A stretch of 64,000 nt of DNA from a virus, in IMG/VR virus record IMGVR_UViG_3300021256_000097; one strand, given 5' to 3'. The position numbers were made by a program, and so were the translations under genes. Numbering within the stretch: position 1 is the stretch's first letter; each line of letters begins with the position of its first letter. This document shows positions 39,835-47,975 of the stretch, one piece after another. Below the pieces are notes generated by a model that worked only from the letters and a program-made list of their open reading frames with translations, made no database searches and was not told the origin of the DNA.

Positions 39835-40788
39835 GTGAATAAGCGAATTATTAAATGGACAGCACTTGGTGTTATTGGAATTTTGGTTCTTATAACCGGG
39901 CTTAATTGTTGTTCTGTAATTGATCCTACAGAAGAGGCTGTAACTGTAACATTGGGTTCTCTTGGTAATGATAACATTGGTCAGGGATTGCATTTCAAAG
40001 CGCCTTATGTGCAGACATTCCGCAAGATTGACAAAAACCCTATTGAATATAAGAAGTCAATTCCGCTCGGTGAAAAGGCTCTTATTACTAAAGATGGCCA
40101 GTCACTTGGTGTTGATTTTACTATGACATGGAAATATACTGATGGTTCAGCAGTACTAGTAGCTAAGCGATTCAGTGATAAAAACTCTTTATATAATTTG
40201 ATTTCAAATCCTTGTAAACAGGCGTTTAAGTCAGAAATTGGTAAGCTTGAAGCACTTGAGTTTGTAGGTAAGCAGGATGAAGTAATAAGTAAAGTAATGG
40301 ATCGTGTTACTGCTGAAACGGCCCGTTTGCAGTTGCCTATTGAGATTCTTAATATTGTAATTGAAAATATTAACTGGGACCCTGGTTTTGAGGCTCAGAT
40401 TAAGAAAACTGCTGAGATGCGTGCGCAGGTAGAACAGGCTAATCAGGCTGCTGACCAGGCTGCTGCTATTGCCCAGAAGAAAGTACGTGAAGCCAAAGCT
40501 GATGCTGACGCGGCTCTTGAAAAGAAACGTATGACTGAAGCAGAAGCTGAAGCAGAAGCTAATGCGGAATTGATTAAAGCACAGAAAGCTGCTGATGCAA
40601 AGCGCGTCGAAGCTGATGCTCTTGCCTATTACAATGCAAAAGTTGCGCAGAACTATCAGGTAGAAATTAAGCTTAAAGAACTTGAAATTGAGCTTGAGCG
40701 TGCTAAGAAATGGGATGGACGACAGGTACCTGAATATATTCCATTGACAGCTGCTGGTGGTATTGTAAATCTTCCGGAGAAGAAATAG
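39835..40788 (+). CDS. SPFH/band-7 (HflK/C, stomatin)-like membrane protein
   Basis: N-terminal TM segment, SPFH-like core, and an Ala/Glu-rich coiled coil (AEAEAEAEANAE). Confidence 0.55.
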   Translation: MNKRIIKWTALGVIGILVLITGLNCCSVIDPTEEAVTVTLGSLGNDNIGQGLHFKAPYVQTFRKIDKNPIEYKKSIPLGEKALITKDGQSLGVDFTMTWKYTDGSAVLVAKRFSDKNSLYNLISNPCKQAFKSEIGKLEALEFVGKQDEVISKVMDRVTAETARLQLPIEILNIVIENINWDPGFEAQIKKTAEMRAQVEQANQAADQAAAIAQKKVREAKADADAALEKKRMTEAEAEAEANAELIKAQKAADAKRVEADALAYYNAKVAQNYQVEIKLKELEIELERAKKWDGRQVPEYIPLTAAGGIVNLPEKK

Positions 40789-40792
40789 AAAT

Positions 40793-41047
40793 ATGACAAA
40801 GAAAGAGAACTTTATTAGCATGATGGCCAAGAAGTTCCGTTTGTCTGATGCAACATCAAAAGCAATTTATGAAGCGTCAGACAAGCTCTTCAAGGACAAA
40901 GATACTTTGAAATACAATTCTTTTAAGAATTGCTATTCAGAGCACTTTCAGAAGGTAATTGAAGAGGCTACATTCTTCATGCAGGAAAGTCCAGAATATT
41001 CAGTTGAAGGAAATATGGACGAAGAAATCCTTGCGCCTTGTTCGTAA
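40793..41047 (+). CDS. Hypothetical protein
   Basis: ORF. Confidence 0.4.
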   Translation: MTKKENFISMMAKKFRLSDATSKAIYEASDKLFKDKDTLKYNSFKNCYSEHFQKVIEEATFFMQESPEYSVEGNMDEEILAPCS

Positions 41048-41062
41048 TGTAAGTTAAGTAGG

Positions 41063-41096
41063 AAATGCCACATTAGGTTGTGGCATTTTTATTTTA
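41063..41096 (+). terminator. Intrinsic terminator
   Basis: atgccacat...gtggcat hairpin plus a T-run. Confidence 0.6.
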
Positions 41097-41146
41097 AAAT
41101 GGTATTCTACATAATTGTGAACATATTATAGTAAATAGGAGGAACT

Positions 41147-41428
41147 ATGACTGCGATTGAAAAACCACACACAATTGAAGCGGTTTTCTGGGATGGCACG
41201 AATCAGGAAGAAGTTGAAAAAGTATTTCCTATGGTTCGTTGGGTTAAGTATCAGGTAGGAGAAGATGCTCCAGTTGAACTTCAGGTCTTATTTGACGGCT
41301 CTAGAGTAATGTCAGTCTCTAGAAATATGTATCTTTGCTGGGATATTCTAGAAGCAAATACAGACCTAAAGGGCTATTTCTGTTTAACAAAGGAAGAGTT
41401 TGAAAAACATTATACAATAGTAGATTAA
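41147..41428 (+). CDS. Hypothetical protein
   Basis: Promoter 41121-41130 and an AGGAGG RBS. Confidence 0.5.
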   Translation: MTAIEKPHTIEAVFWDGTNQEEVEKVFPMVRWVKYQVGEDAPVELQVLFDGSRVMSVSRNMYLCWDILEANTDLKGYFCLTKEEFEKHYTIVD

Positions 41429-41448
41429 AAAGCACTACTAATTTTATA

Positions 41449-42027
41449 TTGAACCTATATAGGAGACTTATAATGAAAGAAACTGTTTATTTGATTACAG
41501 ATAGATATGAACACGCAGAATTTTATGATTTCTACGGTAAGGGAATATATTCTACAGAAGATGAAGCAAACGCTGATCTTAAAAAGGAATATTTCGAGTT
41601 TGTAAAATACGGCCCCGATGACTGTCATACATTCCGCCTTACTAAACATACTCTTCTTCCAGAGGTATTGGCTCAGCTTAAGAAATACTATGAAGCTTAC
41701 AGAGAATCTCAGTCAGATTCAGCTAAGTATGACGTTCGCTATATGAACGACTTTACAGACTTCATGGAAAAGCTCATGAATCTTTCTTCAACTGTTGTTC
41801 TTTTTGAATCTGATGGTTGTTCAGACGCACTTGAAATTGTTGAGAAAGCTGAAGCAAATGGTGAAGACTTCCAGGATGATGAAGTATTCGCAAAATACTT
41901 TGAGGAAATCTGGAATAGCTCAGACAAAGAAGAGACTGAGTTTTTCTGTCCTGATTGTGGAGCAAAAGTTACAAAAGATGCTGACAAATGCCCAAAATGT
42001 GGATGTGAGTTTGATAACGAAGAATAA
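41449..42027 (+). CDS. Hypothetical protein with a C-terminal zinc ribbon
   Basis: CPDCG...CPKCGC. Confidence 0.5.
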   Translation: MNLYRRLIMKETVYLITDRYEHAEFYDFYGKGIYSTEDEANADLKKEYFEFVKYGPDDCHTFRLTKHTLLPEVLAQLKKYYEAYRESQSDSAKYDVRYMNDFTDFMEKLMNLSSTVVLFESDGCSDALEIVEKAEANGEDFQDDEVFAKYFEEIWNSSDKEETEFFCPDCGAKVTKDADKCPKCGCEFDNEE

Positions 42028-42048
42028 ACTTAAGTAAGTTAAGATAGT

Positions 42049-42083
42049 AAAGCCGCAAATAATTGCGGCTTTTTTATTTTTAA
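42049..42083 (+). terminator. Intrinsic terminator
   Basis: agccgcaaataattgcggct plus T6. Confidence 0.65.
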
Positions 42084-42132
42084 ATAGGCTTTCTGCATAG
42101 AAAATTACATATTATAAATACAGGAGAAAATT

Positions 42133-42372
42133 ATGTTTAGAGTTGCAATGTATTTCGAAGATGCACAACATAGTGCGGGTGCTCATTACTTTTCAAAAAG
42201 TGGAGACGGCACAATTACGCAAAACGAAAATAATGCAATTACACATAATTCAGCTTCTGAAGCAGAAGACTATGTAATCAACCAGACTATTGGTACTGAT
42301 AATTACTTTCAGAATATGGGCTATATAATCGAGCATCAGCTAGACAATGGGTCTTGGGAAGAATGCGAGTAG
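42133..42372 (+). CDS. Hypothetical protein
   Basis: Promoter 42107-42116 and a GGAG RBS. Confidence 0.45.
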   Translation: MFRVAMYFEDAQHSAGAHYFSKSGDGTITQNENNAITHNSASEAEDYVINQTIGTDNYFQNMGYIIEHQLDNGSWEECE

Positions 42373-42381
42373 GAGGAAATT

Positions 42382-42882
42382 ATGAATAGCAAAGTTTGGC
42401 CAGAATTAGGAACATCAAAAAAGCTTGGGCATCAAATTATGGAAGAGTTTATTGATAAGGCTTCAAGAACAGAGCTTGCTGAAAAGATTTGGGCAACTAT
42501 TAAGCTTAATCCTAATGACGAAGACGTGATCTCAGATATACTTTACATGATGGAATACATTATCGGAAACTACCGCTGTAAAGAGCTTTATGCGAATCTT
42601 AAAAATACAGTTACGCCATTCCGTACTGTAATTACAGCTAAAAACTCAGATACTGTTCTTTATCTTGATGAAAACGGTAAGTTTACAGACAGAGAAAATG
42701 AATGCGCGCAGTTTGCTGAAAACAATGAAGCTTGTTGCTTTTTGGAAAATTCCACTGAAAAATGTGCTGGTCTCTTTGATGTAATTACTGGAACACTGGA
42801 CTGGCATTTGGAAGAATTCAAAGATGGAATTTGGGTAAAAGCTGAGCCAGATGATGAGTTTCCTGGCTATTTGCCCTTTTAG
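42382..42882 (+). CDS. Hypothetical protein
   Basis: GGAGG RBS. Confidence 0.5.
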   Translation: MNSKVWPELGTSKKLGHQIMEEFIDKASRTELAEKIWATIKLNPNDEDVISDILYMMEYIIGNYRCKELYANLKNTVTPFRTVITAKNSDTVLYLDENGKFTDRENECAQFAENNEACCFLENSTEKCAGLFDVITGTLDWHLEEFKDGIWVKAEPDDEFPGYLPF

Positions 42883-42892
42883 GATATAAAAT

Positions 42893-43159
42893 ATGAGAGA
42901 TATGCAAATAACTTTAATTTCAGCTATTACAGCGGCTGGTCTTTACTTTCTTATAAGTCTTTTACCGGAACGTGTAAAAATTATTGTTATGCTAGTATTC
43001 TGCGGAACTGGCTTTGGATTTTGTCTTTATCCAATAGTTACAATGGGCGCTACTGATCCTAGACTTAAGCTTGGTGTATTCTTTTGTGCTATAGGAACTA
43101 TATCTTGGGTTTTAGTTTTAATAAGAAATATTAAAGGAGGAAAACATGGTCGAAGATAA
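42893..43159 (+). CDS. Small membrane protein
   Basis: Two hydrophobic segments. Confidence 0.4.
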   Translation: MRDMQITLISAITAAGLYFLISLLPERVKIIVMLVFCGTGFGFCLYPIVTMGATDPRLKLGVFFCAIGTISWVLVLIRNIKGGKHGRR

Positions 43160-43670
43160 AGTTAAGGTATTTGACTTTCCACTTGAATGTCATACGGCTT
43201 ATTACTTTGCAAAGTGTAAACATGGGGAGGTTCACCAGACTAGAAAAGGAACTGGCGTGCCCTATTTTATTCATCCAAAAGGTGTAGCTTTAATTGTTAA
43301 GCAGCATGGTGGAAACAATGATCAAATAAAAGCAGCACTGCTCCATGATACCCTCGAAGATACGCATACCTCAGATGAAGAATTACGGGTATGCTTTGGA
43401 GAGCATGTTCAGTCTTTGGTACGTGAGCTTACTAACCAGCGATATAAAATTGAAGAGATTGGTAAAGAAGCCTATATGACAGATAAACTTATGCATCTGT
43501 CAAATGAAGCCCTGTTGGTTAAGTTGGCTGATATGCTCTATAATATTTCAGACAATCCAACTGAAGCACAGGAAGTTAGAATGCTTCATAATATTTCTGC
43601 TTTGATTGCAAACAGAAAAGACTTAACTGACAATACAAAACGCCTTGCAGTAATGGTGTTTGGGAGCTAA
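43146..43670 (+). CDS. HD-domain (p)ppGpp hydrolase (small alarmone hydrolase, RelA/SpoT-HD type)
   Basis: RKGTGVPYFIHP...AALLHDTLEDT matches the SpoT hydrolase HD motif. AGGAGG RBS. Confidence 0.7.
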   Translation: MVEDKVKVFDFPLECHTAYYFAKCKHGEVHQTRKGTGVPYFIHPKGVALIVKQHGGNNDQIKAALLHDTLEDTHTSDEELRVCFGEHVQSLVRELTNQRYKIEEIGKEAYMTDKLMHLSNEALLVKLADMLYNISDNPTEAQEVRMLHNISALIANRKDLTDNTKRLAVMVFGS

Positions 43671-43674
43671 AAAA

Positions 43675-43836
43675 TGGATAAGAAAGACTTTTATAAGGAC
43701 ATGTGGAACCCTAAGCTTGAGCTTATCCTGGTAGAATTGGTAATAAACCTTCTAATAAAGGCTTATGTTGGTACACAGATGGTACTAAAAATATTATGGC
43801 TTCTAGTTGCCCAAGTGGTTTTAGAAAGGGAATGAC
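43675..43836 (+). CDS. Small protein (53 aa), not in the ORF track
   Basis: GGGAG RBS. Confidence 0.25.
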
Positions 43837-43876
43837 GAAAATAATTAAATAAAAATATACTTTACAATAATAAATT

Positions 43877-43886
43877 ACATATTATA
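43877..43886 (+). promoter_or_regulatory. Promoter core ACATATTATA. It starts the transcript of about 420 nt that runs into tRNA-Leu.
   Basis: Core motif. No ORF lies downstream until the tRNA. Confidence 0.55.
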
Positions 43887-44304
43887 ATTGTTAGGTGATA
43901 AACCTAATCGACCTAAGGCGTGGTAGCCTAAATAGTGATGAAGTATAGGATAGCGGTGTGCTTAAGAGCTACGCGACAATTACGTTTCCTATATGGAGCT
44001 ATGGAAGAAAAGCTCAGAGTTTCCTAATTGGGCTCTAGACTTGGACCATACAGACCAAGAGATCCTAACCCTAGAGTTAGGGGATGCAACGGTACGGTTA
44101 TAAACAACGAGAAGCTTCAGAGTGAGCTAATCGGGTCCAGTTTCAAACGTGGGAACATCCGTATTCCGTGAGTTTACACGGACACATTAGAATTGAAGAG
44201 TAGGGTCATACGGGATACCGAAATTCGTATTATTGCTGGTCAGTGAAAAGTTAGAAGCCCTAGCATATGGCGTCTGGCTTGGAGACCGAAATATATGCTA
44301 ATCT
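43887..44304 (+). ncRNA. ORF-free structured leader of about 420 nt, a candidate ncRNA, between the promoter and tRNA-Leu
   Basis: Several hairpins, for example ttaggtgataaacctaa, cttggaccatacagaccaag and ccctagagttaggg. No ORF or RBS. Confidence 0.3.
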
Positions 44305-44339
44305 GCGTGAGTGGCGGAATTGGTAGACGCCCAGGACTT

Positions 44340-45026
44340 TGAAGTCTAGAATGTTTACAAACAATTTGTACTAATTTAATTATGATTAGTAATGAAGAGT
44401 TTATAAGCATTGTAGAAAAATGTCAAACAATGGCACTAGCTGCCAAAAAAGTTGGTATGGCCTATACTTCCTTTATTAGGAAGGCAAAAAAACTTGGTTG
44501 TTATAAACCAAATCAAGGCCATAAAGGTGTTAAAACTGGTCATCCATCAAATTGGATCCGGACAGAAGACATCTTAGCTGGTAAGTACCCACAGTATCAA
44601 ACATATAAGTTAAAAGCTAGACTTATAACTGAGGGGTATTTAGAGGACAAATGTTCTTTATGTGGTTGGGATAAAAAGCCAGAAGGAGCAAGATTTACTC
44701 CTTGTGAGCTTGACCATATAAATGGAAATCCAACGGATCACAGATTTGAGAACTTAAGATTGATTTGTCCTAATTGCCATTCTCTTACTGAGACATATCG
44801 TTTCAGAAGAGGTAAGACAAATGAGTCACAAGGTAGGAAACTCCTTGATGAGAATGAGGCTAATTCGACGAACCCTTAACGATAGTTAAAGCGTTATGGC
44901 AACGACGAGCTAAGCAAAATGTGTAGAGACTATACACCTCGTACCTAAACAGAAATGCATGGTAATGAAATAGTCCAGACCACAAACCTTTTGTTTGATA
45001 AGGGTAATGAAAGTTATGGTGGTAAG
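44340..45026 (+). mobile_element. Group I intron in the tRNA-Leu anticodon loop, carrying an HNH homing endonuclease ORF
   Basis: The 5' exon ends in U and the intron ends in G (ggtaag|aaaa). The IGS aagtc pairs with exon gactt. P7 R/S-like elements tagagacta (about 44925) and aatagtcc (about 44970) are present. The insertion site is the same as in the classic tRNA-Leu(UAA) intron. Confidence 0.7.
44382..44879 (+). CDS. HNH homing endonuclease (intron-encoded)
   Basis: CSLCGW...ELDHINGNPTDHRFENLRLICPNCHS is an HNH motif with zinc cysteines. Confidence 0.85.
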   Translation: MISNEEFISIVEKCQTMALAAKKVGMAYTSFIRKAKKLGCYKPNQGHKGVKTGHPSNWIRTEDILAGKYPQYQTYKLKARLITEGYLEDKCSLCGWDKKPEGARFTPCELDHINGNPTDHRFENLRLICPNCHSLTETYRFRRGKTNESQGRKLLDENEANSTNP

Positions 45027-45165
45027 AAAATCCTGTGCTCGCTAAGGGCGTACGGGTTCAAGTCCCGTCTCGCGCAATGCACAGTAAAGTCTTTTGAAAT
45101 AATAAAGGCCATGGGACACTTAAGCTGTACGCTTTAGCCTGCTTTTCTTTGGTGTAGCCCAAGTC

Positions 45166-45207
45166 GCGGATTGAGGTGAAAGATGGTTCGACTCCATCCG
45201 TTCCGCA
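45166..45207 (+). ncRNA. tRNA-like module with an acceptor-like stem and a T-arm but no D-arm or anticodon arm (tRNA mimic, possibly YrlA-like)
   Basis: gcgga...tccgc stem. T-arm gatgg-ttcgact-ccatc. Only 9 nt separate the 5' stem strand from the T-arm. Confidence 0.3.
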
Positions 45208-45574
45208 TACGTGGCATAGAATTGAGGAGTAAATTGATCCTATGTGCATTTAGTGGATATCCCTACTTGCGCAATAAAAATAGGGGATTTTGAACGATTT
45301 TGTGTCCGCATACGTCGAGGCGACGTCATATTGTAACAGGTATGACAGGCGGTGCAACTCTCGCTATGTATGCATAGTGTTCAGGCATGCCTAACACGAA
45401 TTGAAAATCGCCAGGAGTAATTGACGAAAATTACGCGCGTTAAAGTAGTTGATGAATTATACTGGGAGCCTTAGAAAAACAACTGAGCCGCACTTGGTTG
45501 CTAAGGTATTGGGACTCGTACCAATTGAATATCCTACGATAAAGGCAGGGATAGCCACAACATCCAACCTTTAT

Positions 45575-45659
45575 GTATCAGTGGTCGAGAGGTCGAAGAC
45601 AGCAGACTGTTAATCTGCCGAGCGAAAGCCCACCACAGGTTCGAACCCTGTCTGATACG
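45575..45659 (+). tRNA. tRNA with anticodon GTT (Asn-like) and an atypically long 16-nt variable region. Identity is uncertain.
   Basis: Acceptor gtatcag/ctgatac. Anticodon stem gcaga/tctgc with loop ctGTTaa. T-arm acagg-ttcgaac-cctgt. Confidence 0.5.
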
Positions 45660-46151
45660 CTAAAAATCCAGGATCTAATACCTGGTTAGAAGTGTATTAG
45701 AGACCTAATATGAGCGGATGGTTTTACCAGATGAAACTTGTATTAGAAGGCTATTACTTTACAAATACTGTACGCTTGTGTCAGTCCTTGCGTTAACGAT
45801 GCGCAGGTATAACGGCTGGGAAGGTTCGTAGAAAGCCTAAGCTTAGAGTACTATGCTCAATACCGTAAGTCCGTCGCCTCAAGTTTGATTCTACCTATTA
45901 TATGATAAGGGTCGACTGACAGCCTACGGAAGTTTAGGGATTGATAGTAGGTGACCAATTATACGAGTCGTAATCCCTTTATAAATAACCATTATATGGA
46001 AGAGTCCTTAGGGAATGGCCTACCGAAATGGTAACAATGGGAATTGAAGTACTATTGGGGAGTGAACCGATTATAGGAACATTGTAGTATAGTGGTATTT
46101 ATAAACGATTTTTGTTAGTTATGTTAGTTTTATACTTTATTTGGTAAGCTA

Positions 46152-46161
46152 ACATATTATA
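46152..46161 (+). promoter_or_regulatory. Promoter core ACATATTATA. It drives a transcript of about 260 nt that ends at the terminator at 46393-46424.
   Basis: Core motif with no ORF downstream. Confidence 0.55.
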
Positions 46162-46164
46162 AAT

Positions 46165-46428
46165 ATGAAATTATGCGTATAATATGAAAGTTGAAATTTC
46201 ATAAAATACGCTAATATAAATATAACAGAAAATGCTGTAGGATTAGGTTTACTTAGATTCTATTTTTGGTTTAGAAAAAACAAAGAGCCTATCCGATTTT
46301 TCGCTTTTCTTAATTTTGGAATTATATGTAAGCCGACTCCCTATTACCAAATCGGGACCCCTCCTTGTCGGATTCATATGAGACATAGTTACGGGAAGCA
46401 TGCGAATGCTTCCTTTTTTTTTATTTAT
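46165..46428 (+). ncRNA. Candidate small ncRNA, about 260 nt from promoter to terminator, immediately upstream of the Ro60-like gene (possible Y-RNA-like RNA)
   Basis: The unit is bounded by the promoter and the gggaagcatgcgaatgcttcc+T9 terminator. An internal 13-bp hairpin gcgtataatatgaaa/tttcataaaatacgc is present. No ORF or RBS. Confidence 0.35.
46393..46424 (+). terminator. Intrinsic terminator
   Basis: gggaagcat gcga atgcttcc plus T9. Confidence 0.7.
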
Positions 46429-46471
46429 AAAATTATTTAATAAACTTCAGTTTGAAGTGAGGAGAAATAAA

Positions 46472-47917
46472 GTGAGTAAGGTTAATCAGAAAGCCAGTGT
46501 AGCAGAAGCTAAGAAGGTTTATGTACCGGGCGTTAAGGAAGATGCAAGACGTACTCTTATGACTTGTCTCTTGTGGGAAGATGAATACTATGAAAATGGT
46601 GTTTCAATTGCTGACCGCCTTAGGGGATATGTAAAACGCCTTAGCGAGCAGGATTGTCGTGAATTGTTATTGGAAGCAAAGTTCCAGAACAAGCTTCGCC
46701 ACGCTCCATTATTCTGGGCTGTTCAGATGGCAAAAGAAGGAAAGCTTAAGGCAGACGATGTTGCAAAGATTTGTGACCGTGTAGATACAATGGCTGACCT
46801 TTTGGCTATTTACTTTGATGAAAACCCTCTTTCAGACTCAGAAAAGTCAAAGTGTTATAAAAACGGAAATCGTGTGCACCGTGATAACAAAGCGGTACCA
46901 AAAGCAATTACAAAGGGCCTTCAGAAAGCAATTGAAAACCCAAGATTCGACGAATACGCTTTTGCAAAGTATCGTCTTGAGGATAAAGCAATCAAGACTC
47001 GCGACGTAATTCGTCTTGCACACGTAAAGCCATCAACCCCAGAACGTTCAGCTTTGTATAAGAAAGTACTTGATGGCACACTTGCGACTCCAGATACATG
47101 GGAAGTAGCTATCTCTGCTGCAGGTTCAGACATGAACGCTAAGCGTGACGCTTGGACTCGTTTGCTTTCAGAGAATAAGCTTGGTGTATTGGCATTGCTT
47201 CGTAACCTTAATGGTATGAGCCGTGCAGGTGTTGACCAGGCTAAGATTCGTAAGGCAGTAAAAGCAGCTTCAATTGGTCGTGTACTCCCATTCCAGATTG
47301 TAACTGCTTCAAGACACGCGCCAGAATTGGCAGATGTATTGAACACAAAGTTCATGGAATCTGTTGAAAACGTTGAAAAGCTTGAGGGAGAATCTCTTGT
47401 ACTTGTAGATGTTTCTGGTTCTATGAATGCTCCATTGTCAGCTAAGTCTGATACAAAACGTGTAGACGTAGCTGCTGCTCTTGGAGCTCTTGTAAAGGAA
47501 GTAAGTAAGGGTAGCGTAATCTACGCATTCGACGACAGCCTTAGACCAGTATCAACTGACCTTGCTGGATTGCCACTTGTACGTGAGCTTTCAAGAAATG
47601 GTGGTTGTACTGCAGTAGCAGAGTGTACAGAAAGAGCTATTAAAAACTACAGAAATTCACATGGCGGACGTGATCCAGCTCGTGTTATTGTAGTAACAGA
47701 CGCTCAGGACAACTCTTCTTACAACCGCGGTTGGGGCTGTGAATACGATGTAGCACGTATGCCAAAGGTTCCTTATGGAACTGGTTACATTGTAAATGTT
47801 GGAGCTCAGAAGAATGGCGTTGAATACGCGCTTCACTCTGGCTGGATGACTGTTTACGGATGGTCAGACAATATTGTTAAGTACATTGCAGCTTTGGAAA
47901 ATGAAAGACGCAAGTAA
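46472..47917 (+). CDS. rsr: Ro60/Rsr-like protein (TROVE plus vWA)
   Basis: CLLWEDEYYENG (TROVE-like), ALLRNLNG (Ro60 ALLRNLG signature), and vWA MIDAS LVDVSGSM. GTG start after GAGGAG. Confidence 0.6.
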   Translation: MSKVNQKASVAEAKKVYVPGVKEDARRTLMTCLLWEDEYYENGVSIADRLRGYVKRLSEQDCRELLLEAKFQNKLRHAPLFWAVQMAKEGKLKADDVAKICDRVDTMADLLAIYFDENPLSDSEKSKCYKNGNRVHRDNKAVPKAITKGLQKAIENPRFDEYAFAKYRLEDKAIKTRDVIRLAHVKPSTPERSALYKKVLDGTLATPDTWEVAISAAGSDMNAKRDAWTRLLSENKLGVLALLRNLNGMSRAGVDQAKIRKAVKAASIGRVLPFQIVTASRHAPELADVLNTKFMESVENVEKLEGESLVLVDVSGSMNAPLSAKSDTKRVDVAAALGALVKEVSKGSVIYAFDDSLRPVSTDLAGLPLVRELSRNGGCTAVAECTERAIKNYRNSHGGRDPARVIVVTDAQDNSSYNRGWGCEYDVARMPKVPYGTGYIVNVGAQKNGVEYALHSGWMTVYGWSDNIVKYIAALENERRK

Positions 47918-47937
47918 GCTCTAATTGAGTTTAAAAA

Positions 47938-47966
47938 TAAAGGAGGCTTCGGCCTCCTTTTGTTAT
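47938..47966 (+). terminator. Intrinsic terminator
   Basis: aggaggcttcggcctcct plus T4. Confidence 0.6.
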
Positions 47967-47975
47967 TATTAAATT

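Larger units (their letters stand above)
44305..45076 (+). tRNA. tRNA-Leu (anticodon TAA) interrupted by a group I intron. Exon 1 is 44305-44339, the intron is 44340-45026, and exon 2 is 45027-45076.
   Basis: Acceptor gcgtgag/ctcgcgc (one G-U pair). Class-II D-arm gcg-gaattggtaga-cgc. Anticodon stem cagga/tcctg with loop ctT|AAaa, split between U34 and A35. T-arm acggg-ttcaagt-cccgt. Confidence 0.75.

Noticed and set aside
44337-45030. Alternative exon junction giving anticodon loop cuUUAaa (a UAA-reading suppressor tRNA)
   Set aside because: That junction would make the intron end in A (…gtaaga). A group I intron requires a terminal G (…ggtaag|aaaa), which yields anticodon UAA, a normal tRNA-Leu.
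45166-45207. Complete conventional tRNA at the T-arm/acceptor element
   Set aside because: Only 9 nt separate the 5' acceptor strand from the T-stem. No complementary 7-mer was found elsewhere for a split-exon model. It is kept only as a tRNA-like module.
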